Source of the DNA: Sminthopsis crassicaudata
Taxonomy: Eukaryota
Length of the DNA stretch: 64,000 nucleotides
NCBI RefSeq assembly: GCF_048593235.1
Contig: NC_133620.1
Span: forward strand, 75,828,852 to 75,892,851
Reading direction: 5' to 3'
Both the position numbers and the translations under genes were made by a program. Shown here piece after piece: positions 62,078 to 64,000 of the stretch. The notes under the pieces were generated by a model. It saw only the letters and a program-made list of their open reading frames with translations, did not search any database and was not told the DNA's origin. How positions within the stretch are numbered: position 1 is the stretch's first letter; each line of letters begins with the position of its first letter.

Positions 62078-63039
62078 AAATAAATATAAAAAGAAACAGA
62101 CAAGAAATATAGAAAGAAATATGAAAAAATATTACAAAGACAAAATAATACAAATGAAATAATTAGTGAATATTACACTATATGGTATAATTATGTTAAA
62201 TTGTATATATATATGTATATATAGTAGGACTTCAGAAAATAAAAAGAATAGAGAATATACAATCAGGGAAAGACTCATGGTAAAGAAAAAACAAGAATAA
62301 AATGAATCTTGAAAAGATGTAAAAATGGAAGTCAATTTTGAAATTATAGGGAAGTGAGTCTCCAAGTGAGCCAAAACTTTCATTGGTTTGGAATTATCCT
62401 TTGGTACTTTTGGAAACTTTGTGCATGTTTCTGCTCATGCAATGTGGACAGATCTTTTGATTACTTATTAGAAGGGAAAAAAAGGCATTTCCTCATTAGT
62501 TTACAATTGACTTGGGGTACTTAAAGAGAAATGATTGGTTTGGAGGCAGACACCCTTTGCATCTCTCAGAACATGGATTTCAATGTCTGGAACCATACAT
62601 TTATGATCTCTTAGAATGAAAGTAGAAATACAAAGGTGACAAAAGAAGCCTTCAGTCCTCAATGTACATCTTTTTATATGTCAATTAATCAAAAAACTCT
62701 CTGTAAGTTTTTTAGCCATTCTAACAAAAAAAAAAAAAAAAAAAAAAGTTGTTCCTTGAATCAGAATCTGCCTTCTTTTAACTCCATGACAATCAATCCA
62801 TCATGGGGGTTTTTCTAGTCACTGAAGCCCAAACCTTAACCAGCCTTTTATTTGGGGGCAGATCTAGTCATTGTGACTGAATAAATGATGTTTTTTTTTT
62901 CCTTAAGTAATCAATAGGTCTGCCATATCTACCATGGTATGTGCCAAAGTCCAAAACAAAGTGTGCCCTTAGGGAAATTCTTCACCTTGGTCAGAAACTT
63001 CCTGTATCCACTCACATTTTATAAGCAGAAGGATTGAGG

Positions 63040-63490
63040 GAGAGTATTTCAGGAAGGGAGAATGACATGAATAAAGCCACAGGGTTGGAAATAAAGATAT
63101 TCTGGGGATGATGAGATCAAGTTAATTATACTGAAGGTTCATGCTGAAAAACAGTGTGAAATAAAGTAGGTTCTGGTTTGAAGCAGATTATAGAAGGTTT
63201 TTAAATGGTCTGAAAGGAAATTAGACTTGGTCTGTTAGTTAAGAAACCAATGTATTTAAAAATATTGTTAGAGGAGGAGTGAGTGATGTGGTGCAAATAG
63301 CATTACTAGGAAGAGTAATCTTGCATTGGCATAGGAAAAAGATTAGAGATTAGGAGAATAACTGGAAGACTATGCTATTCATCTAGTCTTACATGATGAG
63401 AGCCTAGATGAAGGTGGTGGAATTGACAGCTACAAGAGAATTCTGTGAGAAAAATTGTCTAGGCTTATTGACTGACTGTAGATAAGAAGT
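63040..63490 (+). mobile_element. L2 fragment
   Basis: Purine-rich L2 sequence ('gtaatcttgcattggcatagg', 'gatgagagcctagatgaaggtggtgg'). Confidence 0.6.
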
Positions 63491-64000
63491 AAAAGAACAT
63501 TAATTTTTCTAGAACTTTATCCCTGTGCCTTTCCAAATGAAATATGTTTATGTTGTCTACTGAAAATGGTTTTAAAAATACATATCTGACCTTTTTATGA
63601 AGAAATCAGAAGCACACAACCTGCAATTCATGTAAAAAAGATTTGTTTATGAGAAAGTTTTCAGAAGTTTCACAACATATAGCATTCATCAGTCAAATAT
63701 TTCACACACATTTTCTTCATTTCCTCCTTACTCCCTAGCTAGCCATCAAATTCATCTTCTCTATCTTCACATCCTCTTCTTTGTTAATAGTTTATTTTCT
63801 GAATTTAAAATAAATGCTTTACTTCATTAAGAGTTTATAATCATCATCTGGTGTTGTCTGAGCTCCTCCTATGGGAAATGAAAGTCTATAAAAGTAGTTT
63901 CTGATCTGTTTAAAGTAATGTTTATGACACATTGCTATTATTGTTAGTTACATGTCAGCCCCAAAGCACTTGAGTTTGTGGCTAGAGCATCACTTTTCAC

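Noticed and set aside
33000-64000. Exons of neighbouring genes (PLA2G4A upstream; PDC downstream in 1-22800)
   Set aside because: No ORF or exon-like segment matches them; in mammals they lie much further from PTGS2 than this window extends.

Overview
AT-rich, CpG-depleted marsupial genomic DNA. The young CORE-SINEs (WSINE1/Mar types) and L1 3' ends point to a dasyurid such as the Tasmanian devil; the species call is inference. The only protein-coding gene I can support is a complete 10-exon PTGS2 (COX-2) on the minus strand (CDS 31798->25762; 1824 nt; 607 aa from the first ATG). All its introns are GT-AG and exons 2-10 have the eutherian coding-exon lengths. It has a CpG-island promoter, an AU-rich 3' UTR and a likely poly(A) signal at 22857. 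The rest is intergenic and repeat-rich (L1/HAL1-like, L2, L3/CR1, MIR/Mar/WSINE SINEs, four solo LTRs, microsatellites, three N gaps). Most notable observations: (1) a ~2.2-kb fossil R4/Dong-clade retrotransposon with recognisable RT, zinc-knuckle and restriction-like endonuclease motifs, followed head-to-tail by a second R4 3' end ending in (AAT)14; (2) a TSD-bounded LTR carrying an internal tRNA-Lys1,2 primer-binding site; (3) an apparently rewired PTGS2 promoter (CRE core CGTCA->CATCA, kB-like sites elsewhere) and a shifted poly(A) signal; (4) an L1 with a short 3' transduction; (5) a strong CTCF motif and paired NRF2/AP-1 motifs upstream; (6) several local duplications. No novel protein-coding system was found. 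Comparisons with human or mouse sequence are from memory and need alignment to confirm.
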